DNA of 64,000 bases, taken from the NCBI GenBank assembly GCA_044464395.1, contig JBIQLI010000001.1, forward strand, positions 94,509 through 158,508, read 5' to 3'. Numbering within the stretch: the stretch's first letter is position 1; each line of letters starts with the position of its first letter. Under the pieces are notes generated by a model. It had not been told where the DNA came from, made no database searches, and saw nothing but the letters and a program-made list of their open reading frames with translations. This document shows, piece by piece, positions 61,606 to 64,000 of the stretch. The stretch comes from Lysobacter sp. GTDB lineage: Bacteria > Pseudomonadota > Gammaproteobacteria > Xanthomonadales > Xanthomonadaceae. The translations under genes and the position numbers were made by a program.

Positions 61606-63957
61606 GTGCGGGGGTTGAAGTGTTTTGCGTGGGTGTTGGGCGGTGTGCTGCTGGCGACGACCAGCATGGTGTCTGCTTCGGATGAGGAGCCGCCGAACAA
61701 GCAGCCGCCCACCAACCCGGAAACCCAGGGCTCCACCGACGGCATCCACCCGTACCTGGAATACGAGAAGCGCATCCAGACGGCGCAGACGATCGCGCCA
61801 TTGCAGCATGGCCTGTTCGGCGAGCAGGTCAGCCTTTACGACGGCGGCACCTCGTTCGTGGTCGACGACATCGACGTGCCGGGCAACAACGCGCTGCCGG
61901 TCCGCCTGTCGCGGCGCCTGGACGCGCAGCTGCAACCGCAATCGTTCGTGGCGCCCTACGACACCCGCCTGCTGGGGATCGGCAACTGGGACATCGAGGT
62001 GCCGTACCTGGCCGCGACCGTGCCGCAGTCGACCGGCTGGCCGACCCCGCGCTGCACCTCGCGTGGCCAGCCCACCACCGGATTCCCCCATTTCGACCTC
62101 GCCGAAGTCTGGCAGGGCGTGAACGTCCACATCCCGGGGCGCGGGAACACGCTGGCGCTGTCGCTGCCGAGCGCGGCGCCGCGGCCCTCCGACGGCGCGA
62201 CCTGCTGGCGACCAAGGTGGAAGACCGCTTCGGCAACACCGTGCAGTACCAGTACAACGCCGCGGGTCACCCGACCCGCATCTGGTCGAACGATGGCCGC
62301 GAGATCACCCTGACCTATTCGGGCTTCCCTACACCAGCGAGAGCGACACCGTGCCGCCGCTGGCCTATTGCATGGGCTTCGGGCCGATGTTGGAGGCCAG
62401 CTACACGCTCAACGCCACGCACCCGTCGGGGGCCACCGGCCAGTTCGAGTTCAGCAACCACCGCCACTCGCGCAGCGGCGTGAGCATCAACGAGTGCGTG
62501 CAGACGGGCGATGCCTCCAACCCGACGTACGAGCTGAAGGTGCCGCACTATTTCGACGTGCTGGGCCTGGACCGCAAGGTCATTGCCGGCCCCGGCATTG
62601 CCGCGCCGATGACCTGGGACTACGCCTACACGACGAGCCTGGAGCCGCTGTGGGGCACCTTGGGCACCCAGACGACGTATCCGTGCACGACCTGCAACCA
62701 GGAAAAGGCCACCACGGTGACCGCGCCCGATGGCACGGCGACCCGCCACTGGTTCGGGATGCAGTACTACTTCAATGACGGGCGGTTGCTGCGGGTGGAG
62801 ACGCTCGACGAGGCCGGCGCCGTCCTGCGCACCCAGACCACGACCTACATGACCGACGCGCAGGCGGCGGGCCAGCCGTTCCACGGGGTGTACGGGTCGG
62901 TGCCGTACTACGTGTCCGACCCGGTGAAGCAGCAGGTGCGGCCGGTCGTGGAGCGCAGCACCCTCCAGCAGGGCGTCACTTTCAAGTGGCACGCCAACGC
63001 GTTCGACAGCTTCGCGATGCCGGTCGATGTGACCCGGAGCAGCACGCTGTCGGGCAGCCCCCTGGTGCGCGAAACGATCCAGTACTACCACCATGAGCCC
63101 AAATGGATCCTGGGGCAGGTCGCCAGGCTCGTGGGGAGTACGAGCCCTACGGCAAGCTGCTGAATGCGCCACTCGAATCCGGCCCGGGCTACACCGGCCA
63201 CGACACCGACCCGGACACCCAGTACGTCTCCATGCAGCAGCGCTATTACGATCCGCGCGTGGGGCGGTTCTGGAGTGTGGATCCGGTCACCGTCGACAGC
63301 GCCGGCGGCAACTTCAACCGGTACTGGTATGCGAACAACAATCCTTACCGGTTCAAGGATCCCGATGGCAGGTTCGGTTGTACCGGGACATTGATCAAGA
63401 GCAATTGTGGAGGTTCACGCGCATTGCTCGAGGGCGTACGAAGCGTCGGGCCAATTGGAACATTAGAATCTGCCTCGGGAACTACGCAACAACGTGGATC
63501 AAGGGAATTTACAATCGAAAATGCAAACTCTCGATTGGCTGAGGCATCAAAGCGGCTCGATCAAATTCGACGAGCAGTAGAAGGCAAGTCACATAAAGAC
63601 TTTGACGAGGCGGCCGCCTACTTTGGAAGGATATTGCAGCCTCTGGCTGAGGAATATGGACTAGAAGTTTTCGCGGACATCAATTCCATGGCCCAATACC
63701 GATTGGAAGGGGTATTCGTAAGCGACGTTGTGGACGACAAAGGGATCGGTTCGGGTGGTGTTGCTGCATATGCTGGCTTCCCCACCATCCATGCCCATCC
63801 GTATATTAGCGAGAGTCCACCCGGGCTAGCCCCCTTCAGCACCCCCGACGTATTGTGGATAAGTGCGACGGGCAAAATGCGCCATTACGTTTCAGATTCA
63901 ACGGGGGTTTGGCGATTTAACGGTCCCGCCATCCCGCCAACGAGGGTTGGGCCATGA
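61606..63957 (+). pseudogene. Rhs/YD-repeat family toxin gene, disrupted and shortened (at least 3 frame changes), with a low-GC C-terminal toxin tip
   Basis: The reading frame hops 61606 (frame 1), then about 62200 (frame 3, DRFGNTVQYQYNAAGHPTRIWSNDGREITLTY), then about 62330 (frame 2), then about 63135 (frame 1). The RHS core end is …YYDPRVGRFWSVDPV…NNNPYRFKDPDGRF. After about 63400 the sequence is visibly AT-richer. Confidence 0.7.
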
Positions 63958-64000
63958 GTACGAAGAAAGGTATGCTTCTTTTGGCGGTGGTTGTCATTGT
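63954..64000 (+). CDS. Start of putative immunity protein (3' end cut by window edge)
   Basis: ATGA overlap with the toxin stop. MSTKKGMLLLAVVVI… is a hydrophobic N-terminus in AT-rich sequence. Confidence 0.45.
   Translation, partial: MSTKKGMLLLAVVVI

Overview
This is a 64-kb window from a high-GC Gram-negative chromosome. The gene content and a recurring REP-like palindrome (GTAGAGCCGACCCATGGTCGGCT) suggest a Xanthomonadaceae/Lysobacteraceae-type gammaproteobacterium; that assignment is an inference. I support about 60 real CDS. Most of the very long ORFs in the six-frame track are antisense or off-frame artefacts of GC richness.

Housekeeping content:
- M17 aminopeptidase, HAD hydrolase, HtrA protease and a yqjD/E/K-like cluster with an AI-2E transporter.
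- A split AdoCbl-dependent ribonucleotide reductase (nrdJ a/b), with a Lys/Ala-rich histone-like gene between the halves.
- Dodecin, glmU, glmS, bioD, msrC-like, and btuB behind a cobalamin riboswitch.
- One RND pump and one ordinary MacAB-like pump.

Accessory content:
- A YadA-type adhesin with a collagen-like tract.
- A CueR-like/CopA/DUF411 copper module.
- A TetR-controlled MBL plus PLP-decarboxylase pair.
- A frameshifted Rhs remnant with a low-GC toxin tip and an immunity gene start.

The main candidate for a new system consists of two loci, at 14.8-20.2 kb and 27.6-42.7 kb. Tandem genes for small, Sec-signal-bearing, cysteine-patterned peptides fall into two unrelated motif families (3 copies and 2 copies). 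They sit in operons with dedicated periplasmic thiol-redox proteins: two paralogous CPxC proteins of no family I recognise, and a membrane-anchored DsbA-like protein. The same operons carry HlyD adaptors, ABC ATPases and MacB/FtsX-type permeases. The permeases occur as LolC/LolE-like paralogous pairs (three pairs) or as one fused double permease. An NtrC-type sigma54 activator with its histidine kinase lies inside the cluster, and a near-consensus sigma54 promoter with two upstream palindromes precedes one pump operon.

My working model is Sec export, then periplasmic oxidative folding (or metal loading), then pump-driven release. All coordinates were derived by hand from the sequence and the ORF-track frames. 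No database search was possible.
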